In this document: in pieces, positions 28,901-37,238 of the stretch | Layout: each line of letters begins with the position of its first letter | Numbering within the stretch: position 1 is the first letter of the stretch | NCBI GenBank assembly: GCA_020632995.1 | Contig: JACKEN010000003.1 | Location: forward strand, 372,677-436,676 | From: Deltaproteobacteria bacterium | Lineage (GTDB): Bacteria; Myxococcota; Kuafuiibacteriia; Kuafuiibacteriales; Kuafuiibacteriaceae | Direction: 5' to 3' | Length of the DNA: 64,000 nt | The notes under the pieces: generated by a model | Database searches by the model: none | What the model saw: the letters and a program-made list of their open reading frames with translations, nothing else | What the model was told of the DNA's origin: nothing | Program-made: the position numbers and the translations under genes

Positions 28901-30681
28901 AGGCTGCCGCGGCCGCCCTCGAGGCTCACCGCCTGGGTGAGGCGGCCCTCACCGCCCTGGCGCACCCCGACGAAGGCGCGGGACACGCCGCTCGGGGCCT
29001 GCACCTGGACCACGACCTCCTGGCCGGGCCCGTAGAACGCGTGATCGGTGCGGACCAGGAGCCCTGGCCCAGCGGTGAGGCTCACCGCGCGGGAGGCGGT
29101 GCGGTCCGCGCCGTCGGTGGCCTGGAAGTTCAGCTCGAGGCTGCCGGAGGGGGTGACCTCGAAGGACGCGACGCCGCGGGCGTCGGTCTGCAGGCCGGCC
29201 TGCGTGAGGTCGCCCGAGACGTCGACGTTGGCCACCACCGGGCGGCCGAGCGGATCGGCAACGAGCACGTAGACCCGGTTCGCGAGGCCCGCGACCATGG
29301 GGCTGACCTCGGGGAGGACGCGCACCACCAGCGGGTCCTTCACCATGCGCAGGTTGGCCTGCGCGATCTCGGCCTGCCCGGCCGCGTCGGTGACGGTGGC
29401 CTCGACCGTGAGGGTGACACCCTCGGCCACCGCGCTGCCGCCCGCCTGGGCGGGGATCTGGAGGGTGTAGCTCGCGCTGCCCTCGGCGTCGGTGGTGGCG
29501 TTCACCGCCGCGACGACCTGGTCGCCGACCTTGGCCTGGACCTGGACCGTGGCCTGGGTCACCGGCATCCCGAACAGGTAGTGGGCCCGCACCGTGCCCT
29601 GGATGGTCTGGCCGGGCTGCAGGTAGGCCTGCGCGCTCTCCACCGCCACCTTGAGCTTGGGGAGGTTGTAGCGGAGCACCGGGATGGTGAGCTCCTCACG
29701 GACGTCGCCGGCGGAGGCGCGGATCTTCCAGTCGCCCTCGTTCACCCGGGTGTCGGTGGGGATGTCCACCGCGGCGACGCCGAAGGCGTCGGTCTGCACG
29801 GTGCGCTTGAAGACCTTGTTGCCCTTGGCGTCCATCGCCTCGACCGCCACCTCGCGGTCGGCGAGGGGCAGGCGCTGATCCTGGGTGAGGCCGATCAGCC
29901 GGGCGTGCAGGGTCTGACCGGGCTGGTAGATGGTCTTGTCGAGGGCGACCCGGAGGCGCTCGGCCCGGGCGTGGGCGAGGCGGGTGTTGGTCCAGGCCTC
30001 GACGTCGCCGCTCCGGACGGTGATCCGGACGTCGCCGGACTCGACGCCCTCGGGCAGGGCGACCTGCAGGAGGAGCTCACCCTTGTCGTCGGTGGCGCCG
30101 GTGGCGAGCTCGCGCTGGCCGGCCTCCTCGAGCAGGCTGGCTTGCACCTGTGCCCCGGCGACCGGCGCGCCCGCCTCGTCGCGGGTCAGGACCCACAGCT
30201 CGGCGCGCTCCGCGAGCTCGGTCGCGCCCCGGACCTGGACCTCCATGGTGCCGAGCGCGGTGTAGAGGCTGCGGCTGCCAAACAAGGTGCCGGAGGGCGT
30301 GGCGACCCTCCACCGTACCACGAGGCCGGCGGTGTCGGCCCGCGCGAGTCCGGCAGGAAGGCCTGCGAGACGCACCTCGTGCCGCTGGACCTGAGCGTCC
30401 TGCAGGATCTGGGTGGTGGCGACCGAGAGGATCCGATCCTCGGCCTCGGTCACGTCGACGAGCTCGGCCCGGAGCGCGGCCTCGAGCATGCCCGATCCCC
30501 GCTTCTCGACCTGGAAGGCGACCTGGGCCACCGCGCCGTCGGTGGACGCGCGGATCTGACCCTCGTCCACCGCGGCGGACGCGTTGGCGAGCACCTCGGG
30601 CGGCGGATTGGCGGAGTTGCCGCCGGTGCATGAGAGCGCGGCGAGGGGGAGCAGGAGGGTGGGCCAGGTTCTTGATCGCAT
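25948..30681 (-). CDS. Bacterial alpha-2-macroglobulin family lipoprotein with intact thioester
   Basis: Lipobox LAALSCTGG; long series of MG-like domains; thioester motif GCFEQT (CxEQ); size about 1577 aa typical of YfhM/ECAM-type A2M. Confidence 0.85.
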   Translation of the reverse strand: MRSRTWPTLLLPLAALSCTGGNSANPPPEVLANASAAVDEGQIRASTDGAVAQVAFQVEKRGSGMLEAALRAELVDVTEAEDRILSVATTQILQDAQVQRHEVRLAGLPAGLARADTAGLVVRWRVATPSGTLFGSRSLYTALGTMEVQVRGATELAERAELWVLTRDEAGAPVAGAQVQASLLEEAGQRELATGATDDKGELLLQVALPEGVESGDVRITVRSGDVEAWTNTRLAHARAERLRVALDKTIYQPGQTLHARLIGLTQDQRLPLADREVAVEAMDAKGNKVFKRTVQTDAFGVAAVDIPTDTRVNEGDWKIRASAGDVREELTIPVLRYNLPKLKVAVESAQAYLQPGQTIQGTVRAHYLFGMPVTQATVQVQAKVGDQVVAAVNATTDAEGSASYTLQIPAQAGGSAVAEGVTLTVEATVTDAAGQAEIAQANLRMVKDPLVVRVLPEVSPMVAGLANRVYVLVADPLGRPVVANVDVSGDLTQAGLQTDARGVASFEVTPSGSLELNFQATDGADRTASRAVSLTAGPGLLVRTDHAFYGPGQEVVVQVQAPSGVSRAFVGVRQGGEGRLTQAVSLEGGRGSLRFTLGTNMQGGLLIDAFAMATAGEVLSGQRRLYAQADDRLQVELTASADTYGPGEEAVVTIRALDPQGQPKVAAVGLTAVDEAVFALGGEPGDDLRTFFSLDPRVLPAATSALGQGPKDLLAQAPGADADALAALLFAASGAPAATGVDYNSVVSERPRVAALVEKAVVADVDTALLAVLNTNPEQNELPSRIEQALLRLVDPFGHRYQVENDRDQYFVKVTSSGPDERPGTADDVTLERWYQWLLWGERDGVDLANGAGPPAPEAGGQAPLDPTTDDSNASGGAAKVRSDFRETVFANPWLVTDGSGTASVRFPLADSITTWRLSADAHTQDGRLGSARLGVKTFQDFFVDVTLPTRLTVGDEIEVPAVVYNYLDTAQDVRVAVTPASWMTVLGTAEQTVHLEPSEVRAARFRIRVDAAGDQSLTLQGNAGSIADALVRTVAVVPNGTLDLESVSDKLGGDVIQTIEVPVDALEGGTFVSVSLTPGFAAEAVQGLEGMLQEPNGCFEQTTSSAWPNTLVAEYMVTTGQMTEELREEVLPLVQRGYQRLLTFESPTGGFNWWGDADPGNRILSAIMLWHLKDLESLIEIDTDVRDRTLQWLIAQQQGDGHFASGDALHAGNEVLGTSDIRTTAFITWALAHTGWAPEAVTRGGTWLQANLPDGADLYANALSMNALAKVAPSAAATSTLLSRLDGLKTDAGEGKVLWPTEAPSWTGAAGDVAAIETTGLVAYGLFQARAFPDDAAGAMRYLVSNKDAVGSWYNTQATMNALRALLAAASPQGSDANGTFTITVNGLALEPISVTPANGDLFRSFDITDYVQPGANTIALSMQGTGEVTYKLTREAYLPPAAPQTSPELALGVSYDATQIAVGAPVTAHVQATFTGQGVRDQVMVRVGRAPGFSPRTADLDAIVADGRAARYEVDAEYVTFYLMGLTAGQPRDLSFGLVPGLSASVEAPASEMYVYYQPDIRAEAPGVRFEVTE

Positions 30682-30902
30682 GTTGTAGGACCTCCGGGGC
30701 GTGACCAAAAGCACGCCATGTACCGCCTCGGGATGCCTGGGAATTCCCGTGGTTTTGGGCTCCGCCGGTATCAGAAGTGCGGGGACGCGGCGGGGGCGCC
30801 CTCAGGAATCCGCGGCCCCCCGAACCCCGACACACCGCGTCATTCTCATGGGTTACGTGAGCTTTTCTAACAAAAAGGCCTTGCCTTCGGGACGCGAGGA
30901 CC

Positions 30903-30930
30903 TTAGAGCATTCAATTAATCAATTGAATC
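30903..30930. promoter_or_regulatory. AT-rich palindrome ATTCAATTAATCAATTGAAT immediately upstream of the ArsR-rhodanese gene, candidate operator
   Basis: Near-perfect inverted repeat in an otherwise 70 % GC genome, about 10 bp before the start codon of the ArsR-family regulator. Confidence 0.4.
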
Positions 30931-30934
30931 TTCT

Positions 30935-31651
30935 ATGACGCCCGTGCCCGCCCAGCTCCGACAGAGCGCCCTGGATCACTACGAAGAGATGGCTCGGCTC
31001 GGGCAGGCCTTCGGCAGCCCGGTCCGGCTCCGATTGCTGGATCTCTTGCGGCAGGCGCCGCGCAGCGTGGACGCGCTGAGTGAAGAGGCGGGCCTGCCGG
31101 TGGCGAACGTGAGCCAGCACCTGCGTCAGCTCCGCGCCGCTCACGTGGTGAGCTCCGAGCGCCAAGGCCAGCGGGTGATCTACCGACTCTCCGGACCGAT
31201 GGTGGCGTCGTTCTTCCTCGCGTTCCGAACGTTCGGCGAGATGCTCCTTCCGGAGCTGGATCGGTTGAAGAAAGACATCCAATCCGCCGAGCGCGGTCTC
31301 GCGCCCGACGAGTTCCGCCAGTTGCTCGATCGCGGCAAGGCCCTCGTGGTGGATGTGCGTCCGAACGAGGAGTACCATCACGCTCACTTCGACGACGCAG
31401 TCTCCATCCCGCTAGAGGAGCTGCCCAGCCGACTGCACGAGCTACCGAGGAGCAAGGTGGTGGTGCCCACGTGTCGAGGCCCTTACTGCCCTCTGGCCAT
31501 CCAGGCCGTGAGCCTGCTCCGTGAGGCCGGCTTCGAGGCCGCCCACTTCGATCTCGATGAATTTAGCGAGGGCATCGGCGTAGAGACGCCGATGGTCCCG
31601 CGGTCGGCCCCGACCAAGAAGGCCGCGGCTCGAAAGAAGAGGAGTTCATGA
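30935..31651 (+). CDS. ArsR/SmtB-family HTH transcriptional regulator fused to a C-terminal rhodanese domain
   Basis: Winged-helix region RLRLLDLLRQAPRSVDALSEEAGLPVANVSQHLRQLRAAHVV; C-terminal rhodanese fold with Cys loop VVVPTCRGPYC; stop overlaps next ATG (ATGA). Confidence 0.8.
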   Translation: MTPVPAQLRQSALDHYEEMARLGQAFGSPVRLRLLDLLRQAPRSVDALSEEAGLPVANVSQHLRQLRAAHVVSSERQGQRVIYRLSGPMVASFFLAFRTFGEMLLPELDRLKKDIQSAERGLAPDEFRQLLDRGKALVVDVRPNEEYHHAHFDDAVSIPLEELPSRLHELPRSKVVVPTCRGPYCPLAIQAVSLLREAGFEAAHFDLDEFSEGIGVETPMVPRSAPTKKAAARKKRSS

Positions 31652-32589
31652 ACATGCGTTGGATGATTCTTGGTGCTGCGCTCCTGTGGAGCGCCACCGC
31701 GCAAGCTGCTGACGAGTACTTCGTCTCCGTGGACGAGGCGAAGGCCCAGGTGGGCAAGGCCCGTTTCATCTGGGCCGACAAGGAGAGCGACTTCGAGAAG
31801 GAGCACATCCCGGGCTCCGGCATCGCCTACGCCCACGATCTGTCGATCCTGAGCGACGTGAAGGCCTGCAAGGGCCTGCCGCTCTGCGAGCCGGCCGCGG
31901 CCAAGCTGATCGGCCAGGAGCTCGGCATCGACAACGACACCGACGTCATCGTCTACGACGGCGGCGCGGGGGCAAACGCGAGCGGGATCTGGTTCCTGCT
32001 CAAGCTGTACGGCCACGACAAGGTCAAGATCCTGGATGGCGGCCTCGCCACCTGGAAGGCCCACGGCGGCAAGGTGGAGTCGGGGCACGCGGCCAAGGTG
32101 GCGGCCAAGTCGTTCACCCCCAAGGTGCAGTGGGACATGATCGCCAACGTCGACGAGGTCAAGAAGGCGACCGGCGACCAGGGGCACTACCTCCTGGTGG
32201 ACGCGCGCCACAACCTCGACGAGTACACCGGCCGCACCCTGCAGGCGGCCATGGCGGCGCCGGGCAAGGAGGCCACCGTGGCGCGCGGCGGCTACATCCC
32301 CACCGCGGTCTTCTCGCCGTGGAGCAAGTACGCTGGCAACAAGGGCGGCAAGGCCGACCAGCCCACCTTGAAGGACCAGAAGGAGCTGCAGAAGCAGCTC
32401 AAGAAGCTGTCGAAGAACGGCTACGCGCCGGACAAGACCGTCATCAGCTACTGCCACGTGGGCCTCGGCCGCGGCTCGTTCCAGTACCTCGCCCTCAAGA
32501 AGGCCGGGCACAAGAACGTGAAGCTCTACATCGGTTCCTGGAACGAGTGGGGCAACGACCCCTCCCTGCCCCTGGGCACCCAGCCCTGA
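31648..32589 (+). CDS. Secreted tandem-rhodanese thiosulfate/3-mercaptopyruvate sulfurtransferase
   Basis: Signal peptide; two rhodanese domains; catalytic loop YCHVGLGRG. Confidence 0.8.
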   Translation: MNMRWMILGAALLWSATAQAADEYFVSVDEAKAQVGKARFIWADKESDFEKEHIPGSGIAYAHDLSILSDVKACKGLPLCEPAAAKLIGQELGIDNDTDVIVYDGGAGANASGIWFLLKLYGHDKVKILDGGLATWKAHGGKVESGHAAKVAAKSFTPKVQWDMIANVDEVKKATGDQGHYLLVDARHNLDEYTGRTLQAAMAAPGKEATVARGGYIPTAVFSPWSKYAGNKGGKADQPTLKDQKELQKQLKKLSKNGYAPDKTVISYCHVGLGRGSFQYLALKKAGHKNVKLYIGSWNEWGNDPSLPLGTQP

Positions 32590-32605
32590 TCTGAAGGAGT
32601 ACGGC

Positions 32606-33730
32606 ATGACGTCGCTTCTCACCGGTCTTCTCACTGGCATGGGGTTCGGCATCCTCCTCTACAAGGTGGGCGCCACCCGGTACTCGCGGATCATGGGGAT
32701 GCTGACCCTCCGCGATACCAAGATCATGAAGTTCGCTTTCACCACCATCGCGGTGGCCTCCATGTTGTATGGGTTGGCGAGCCTCGCGGGCATCGCCAGT
32801 GACTGGAACCTCGAGACGCGCGTCATGCCGTTCATGGGCGGCGCCCACATCCTGGGCGGCATCCTGTTCGGCGCGTCGCTCGGCGTGACCGGGCTCTGCC
32901 CGGGCACCTGCGCCGCCAAGGCGGGCGGGCGCGCGGGCGAGAAGCGCTTCGTGCTCCCCGCCGCCCTCATCGGGCTCGTCCTCGGCGTGGTCATGTACGC
33001 CTGGCTGAAGGAGCCGCTGGTGGACGCGGGCATCGTGGCGCGGCCGCGGCAACTCACCTTGCACGGCTACCTCGGCCTCCCCTACGGCGTGGTGGCGGTC
33101 GTCTTCGGCGCGGTCATCATGACCATCGTCCTCGTCGTGGATCGCTTCACCCCCGAGAAGCGCTACGAGCCGGTGAAGGAGCGCCACTCGATCGTCGACT
33201 GGGTGCGGGGCGAGTGGAGCTTCCTCGCCTCCGGCACCATCGCCGGCCTCTTGATCGTGGGCGCCACCGCGCAGGGCGGGTACCTCGGCTTCTCCGGCTC
33301 CCTCCTCGCGCTGGTGGGCGCGGTGTCCAACGTCATCGGGATCAAGATGGCGGCGGTGCCGGTGGTGAACGACAGCATCCTCTGGCACTCCGGCCTGATC
33401 GTGGGGGCGCTGGTGGGTGGCTTCCTCTCCAGCCTGGTGTCCACGTACTCGAAGGGCTACGTCGGGGTCCCGAAGAAGAAGACCCTCGATCCGAAGGCCA
33501 TCGCCATCACCATGTCCGGCACCGCGATCATGGCGCTGGGCGCGATGGTGGGCGGCGGGTGCACGACCGGGGCCTTCCTCTCCGGCTGGCCGACCCTCTC
33601 GATCGGGAGCTTCGCCATGGCGATCACGTTCTTCGCCACCTCGATGGCGGTCTCGAACCTCCGCCTCCTGGTCGCGCACACCTACGACCTCAACGCCGCC
33701 CAGAAGATCGGCGAGCAGGTCTATGACTGA
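32606..33730 (+). CDS. YeeE/YedE-family sulfur-compound (thiosulfate) transporter
   Basis: Duplicated multi-TM architecture with conserved Cys-containing loops (GLCPGTCAA, GGGCTTGAF). Confidence 0.8.
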   Translation: MTSLLTGLLTGMGFGILLYKVGATRYSRIMGMLTLRDTKIMKFAFTTIAVASMLYGLASLAGIASDWNLETRVMPFMGGAHILGGILFGASLGVTGLCPGTCAAKAGGRAGEKRFVLPAALIGLVLGVVMYAWLKEPLVDAGIVARPRQLTLHGYLGLPYGVVAVVFGAVIMTIVLVVDRFTPEKRYEPVKERHSIVDWVRGEWSFLASGTIAGLLIVGATAQGGYLGFSGSLLALVGAVSNVIGIKMAAVPVVNDSILWHSGLIVGALVGGFLSSLVSTYSKGYVGVPKKKTLDPKAIAITMSGTAIMALGAMVGGGCTTGAFLSGWPTLSIGSFAMAITFFATSMAVSNLRLLVAHTYDLNAAQKIGEQVYD

Positions 33731-33734
33731 GGCA

Positions 33735-33865
33735 TGGAGCTGATGATGAGTCGTCAACTGCGGGTCGCCGCAATCATCGCCGTCGTGGTCCTCGCGGTGT
33801 CCTGGATCATGCTCCGACAGCACAACGCACAGGTCGCCGCTCCGGCGGCGGAGGCGCAGCAATGA
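33735..33865 (+). CDS. Small (43 aa) single-TM protein, translationally coupled to downstream rhodanese
   Basis: ATG with hydrophobic core VAAIIAVVVLAVSWIML; stop overlaps next ATG (ATGA). Confidence 0.3.
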
Positions 33866-34326
33866 AGAAGTTCGAGCCCTTCATCTACATCGTCCTCTTC
33901 GTGGTGTTCGGGGGCCTCGTGCTCTCCGAGGGCGCGAAGGCCGCGGCGCTCGATCGGTCCATCGCGCTGACCCCGAAGGAGCTGTACCGCAAGATCGCGA
34001 AGCGGGAAGGTGCCTTGCAGATCGTCGACGTGCGCGAGGACGTCGAGGAGAACTACGAGGACACCCACATCCCCGGCGCCATCCCCTTCCCCAACTGCGA
34101 CATGAAGGAGACGCCGGAGGGTGCGCGCGACCAGGTGGAGCCGTCGGTGCCCACCATCATCGTGTCCGGCGATGGCGATCAGGAGCTGTTCAACAAGTGC
34201 GCGGCGTACTTCACCTCCGCGCGTAACCTGGAGGGTGGGCTCGAGGCCTGGGACGACGAGAACCTCCCCGAGGATAGCGGTGAGTACCAGCCCCCCAAGG
34301 TGGGCGCGGGCGGCGGATGTCTGTGA
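33862..34326 (+). CDS. Membrane-anchored single-domain rhodanese-like protein (active-site Cys not evident)
   Basis: N-terminal TM; rhodanese fold pattern LQIVDVRE...THIPGAIPFP...PTIIVSGDGD. Confidence 0.6.
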   Translation: MKKFEPFIYIVLFVVFGGLVLSEGAKAAALDRSIALTPKELYRKIAKREGALQIVDVREDVEENYEDTHIPGAIPFPNCDMKETPEGARDQVEPSVPTIIVSGDGDQELFNKCAAYFTSARNLEGGLEAWDDENLPEDSGEYQPPKVGAGGGCL

Positions 34327-34336
34327 GGCGAGTGCG

Positions 34337-37225
34337 ATGACCATCTCGAGACGCGACGTACTGAAGAACATGGCCGCGGTGAGCGCGGGGGCCGCCGCGG
34401 TCTCCGCCCTGGACGGGCGCGCCCTGGCCAAGGGGCTCCCCAAGCCGGAGCGGCGGGACGATCCCCGCCATCACCCGCCGGCCAAGGAGACGTCGGTCGA
34501 GGCCATGTATCGGGCCGAGTTCGCCGAGACCTTCGGCGACGCGGGCGAGAAGGGCTTCGCGTACCACTGCGTGAACTGCCAGGGGAACTGCGCCTGGCAG
34601 GTCTGGAGCAAGGACGGCAAGGTCACCCGCGAGAACCAGAGCGCGTCCTATCCGCAGATCGCGGACGACATCCCGGACGCGAACCCGCGCGGCTGCAACA
34701 AGGGCGTGCAGCACAGCCAGATCATGTACTCGCAGGACCGCCTGCTCTACCCGATGAAGCGGGTGGGCGAGCGCGGCGAGGGCAAGTGGGCCCGGATCAG
34801 CTGGGACGAGGCCATCTCCACGGTGGCCGAGAAGCTCTACGACACGATGCTCCGGGTGGGCCCGGAGGGGAACTACATCCACGTCGGCGCGGGGATCCTC
34901 ACCGAGGCCAGGGCCGCGTCGGTGAAGCGCCTCGGGGCGCTGTTGGGCGCGGTGCGTCCGTACATCGCCTCCTATGTCGGTGACATGTTCCCTGGCGTCT
35001 CGGTGGTGTACGGCGAGGGCAACATCGGTTGCACCTTCGACTTCATCTACAAGTCGAACGTCGCGGTGTTCTGGGGCTGCAACCCCAACACCTCGCGCAT
35101 CCCGGACGCCCACTACCTGTGGGAGGGCAAGTACAACGGCTGCAAGGTCGTGGTGATCACCCCAGAGTTCAACTCCACCGCGATCCACGCCGACCTGTGG
35201 GTGCCGGTGAAGCCGGGCGGCGACGGCCACCTGGCCATGGCCATCATGAACCGGATCGTGAAGCGGCGGCTCCACAACCCGAAGTTCCTGGCCACCTACA
35301 CCGACCTGCCGCTCCTGGTCCGCGAGGACAACGGCAAGCTCCTCACCCTCCACGACGTGGACGCCGAGGCCCTCGACTCGAAGCTAGTGGAGCTGTTCGG
35401 TGAGGACGAGGCGAAGCACCACGAGGTCTTCCTCGCCTGGGATCAGCGCACCAAGAAGGCGGTGCCGCTGCCCGGCTGCGAGGGGAGCGCGGTGCCGACG
35501 CTGCGCCTGAAGGACAACGCCTGGAACATCTCCCCCGCCCTGAAGGGCACCTACAAGGTGAAGCTCTCGGACGGGAGCATGGTCACCGTGAAGCCGGTGT
35601 ACGAGCGCTTCGAGCAGGAGCTGGCCGCGTTCGCGCCCGAGAAGGTGCAGGCGATCACCGGCGTCCACCCGAAGGTGGTGGACGAGCTGGCGGTCGACCT
35701 CGCCAAGTCGAAGACCGCGGTCATCACCCTCGGCTTCGCGGTGGGCAAGCACTTCAACGGCATGCTCTCGCAGCGCGCGATCTCGACCCTGGCCGCGCTG
35801 TCCGGGAAGCTCGGCCCCAACGGCGGCATCAACTCCGAGAACGAGTGGAACATCACCGGCCTCGGCGGCCTGAGCAGCTTCGATGGGCGCTTCGTGCACC
35901 GCTTCGCGTCCGGCTTCACCTCCGAGTTCATGCTCGGCGATGGCCTGAAGACCTACGACAAGGGCTTCGCGGACGAGGACGTGAGGCGCGCCACCGGGAT
36001 GTCCAAGTCGGACTACAAGTCCCGGGTGGAGCAGATGCTCACCAAGGGGAAGAACGACGACGGCTACAAGGACGGCGGCAAGCCGTACTGGACCACGGTC
36101 GAGACCTTCTTGATGTTCGCGGACTCCCGGTTCCGTCGGAACAAGGGTGAGTACAAGGAGGCCTTCCTCGAGAAGGCCAAGTTCATCGCCTACGGCGACA
36201 TCCGCATGAGCGACTTCGCGCAGTACGCGGACGTGCTCCTGCCCTGCAAGTCGCACTACGAGGTCTGGGACATCCGGACCAACCCCGGCTACCACCGCTT
36301 CGCGAACATCGCGTACCCGCCGCCCCACCTCGAGAACGTGGGTGAGGCGAAGAGCGAGTGGGAGATCTCGACCCTCATCGTGGAGAAGATGGAGGCCCTG
36401 GCCAAGGCGCGCTACGCCAAGACCAAGGACGAGAAGGACATCAAGATCCCGGACGAGACCCACACCCAGGAGGGCTTCCGGCCCATGGGTGAGCTCGTCA
36501 AGGAGTTCACCCAGGACGGGAAGGTGCGCACCGACCGCGAGGCGGTGGAGTACGCGCTCGAGCACGTCGACCAGTTCAAGCCGAACACCATCCAGACGGT
36601 GTACGACCGCGGCGGGTTCCTGCAGCTCAACGACAAGTCCGGCAAGTCGAGTCCGCTCTATGCGGACCGGCCCTACAACACGTTCGAGAGCCAGCTGTAC
36701 TTGTTCCAGCGCTTCGACACCGTCAGCGGGCGGCTCACGTTCTACGTGGACCACCCACTGTGGGTCGAGATGGGGGCGGCGATCGTCACCGCGCGGGAGC
36801 CCATCCGGCCGAAGAAGTACCCGCTGGCCCTAATGACCCCGCACGCGCGGTGGTCGATCCACTCGACGTACAAGACCTCGCCGACCCTGCTGCGTCTGCA
36901 GCGCGGCAAGCCGTACGTCATGATCAACCCCGAGGTGGCGGCGTCCCGCGGCATCGCGGACGGCGACGACGTCCGGATGTTCAACGACCTGGGCGACACC
37001 GTGTTGATGGCGAAGCTGGTGCCCGGCGTGCCGAAGAACGCGGTGGTGATGGAGCACGGCTGGGAGCCCTTCATGTTCCGCGGCCGCAAGGGGCAGAACG
37101 TCCTCGTGGGCGACATGCTCAACTTGCTTGAGCTCAGCGACGGGTGGGGACACCTGAAGTTCGGCACCAACTGGGACGGGAACCAGCACGCCTACGACGC
37201 CACCGTCGAGCTGGCGAAGGTCTGA
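34337..37225 (+). CDS. Tat-exported molybdopterin (Mo-bisPGD) oxidoreductase catalytic alpha subunit, type II (NarG/EbdA/SerA/DdhA-like)
   Basis: Twin-arginine signal MTISRRDVLKNMAAVSAGAAA; FS0 motif AYHCVNCQGNCAW...PRGCNKG aligns with NarG HGVNCTGSCSW...PRGCPRG (His-x3-Cys-x3-Cys); RLLYPMKR matches NarG RLKYPM; about 962 aa. Confidence 0.85.
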   Translation: MTISRRDVLKNMAAVSAGAAAVSALDGRALAKGLPKPERRDDPRHHPPAKETSVEAMYRAEFAETFGDAGEKGFAYHCVNCQGNCAWQVWSKDGKVTRENQSASYPQIADDIPDANPRGCNKGVQHSQIMYSQDRLLYPMKRVGERGEGKWARISWDEAISTVAEKLYDTMLRVGPEGNYIHVGAGILTEARAASVKRLGALLGAVRPYIASYVGDMFPGVSVVYGEGNIGCTFDFIYKSNVAVFWGCNPNTSRIPDAHYLWEGKYNGCKVVVITPEFNSTAIHADLWVPVKPGGDGHLAMAIMNRIVKRRLHNPKFLATYTDLPLLVREDNGKLLTLHDVDAEALDSKLVELFGEDEAKHHEVFLAWDQRTKKAVPLPGCEGSAVPTLRLKDNAWNISPALKGTYKVKLSDGSMVTVKPVYERFEQELAAFAPEKVQAITGVHPKVVDELAVDLAKSKTAVITLGFAVGKHFNGMLSQRAISTLAALSGKLGPNGGINSENEWNITGLGGLSSFDGRFVHRFASGFTSEFMLGDGLKTYDKGFADEDVRRATGMSKSDYKSRVEQMLTKGKNDDGYKDGGKPYWTTVETFLMFADSRFRRNKGEYKEAFLEKAKFIAYGDIRMSDFAQYADVLLPCKSHYEVWDIRTNPGYHRFANIAYPPPHLENVGEAKSEWEISTLIVEKMEALAKARYAKTKDEKDIKIPDETHTQEGFRPMGELVKEFTQDGKVRTDREAVEYALEHVDQFKPNTIQTVYDRGGFLQLNDKSGKSSPLYADRPYNTFESQLYLFQRFDTVSGRLTFYVDHPLWVEMGAAIVTAREPIRPKKYPLALMTPHARWSIHSTYKTSPTLLRLQRGKPYVMINPEVAASRGIADGDDVRMFNDLGDTVLMAKLVPGVPKNAVVMEHGWEPFMFRGRKGQNVLVGDMLNLLELSDGWGHLKFGTNWDGNQHAYDATVELAKV

Positions 37226-37238
37226 GGAGAAGCACTCG

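Noticed and set aside
25909-30633. 1574-aa plus-strand ORF
   Set aside because: Exact antisense of the alpha-2-macroglobulin gene. Translation is a G/A/R/E/V low-complexity run, while the minus frame has MG-domain architecture and the CxEQ thioester.
31483-33862. Minus-strand ORFs 31483-32652 and 32495-33862
   Set aside because: Antisense to the rhodanese and YeeE genes, which carry clear family motifs.
34211-37189. Minus ORFs 34211-35353, 35384-36754 and plus/minus ORFs 36760-37189
   Set aside because: Shadow frames of the NarG-like alpha subunit gene.
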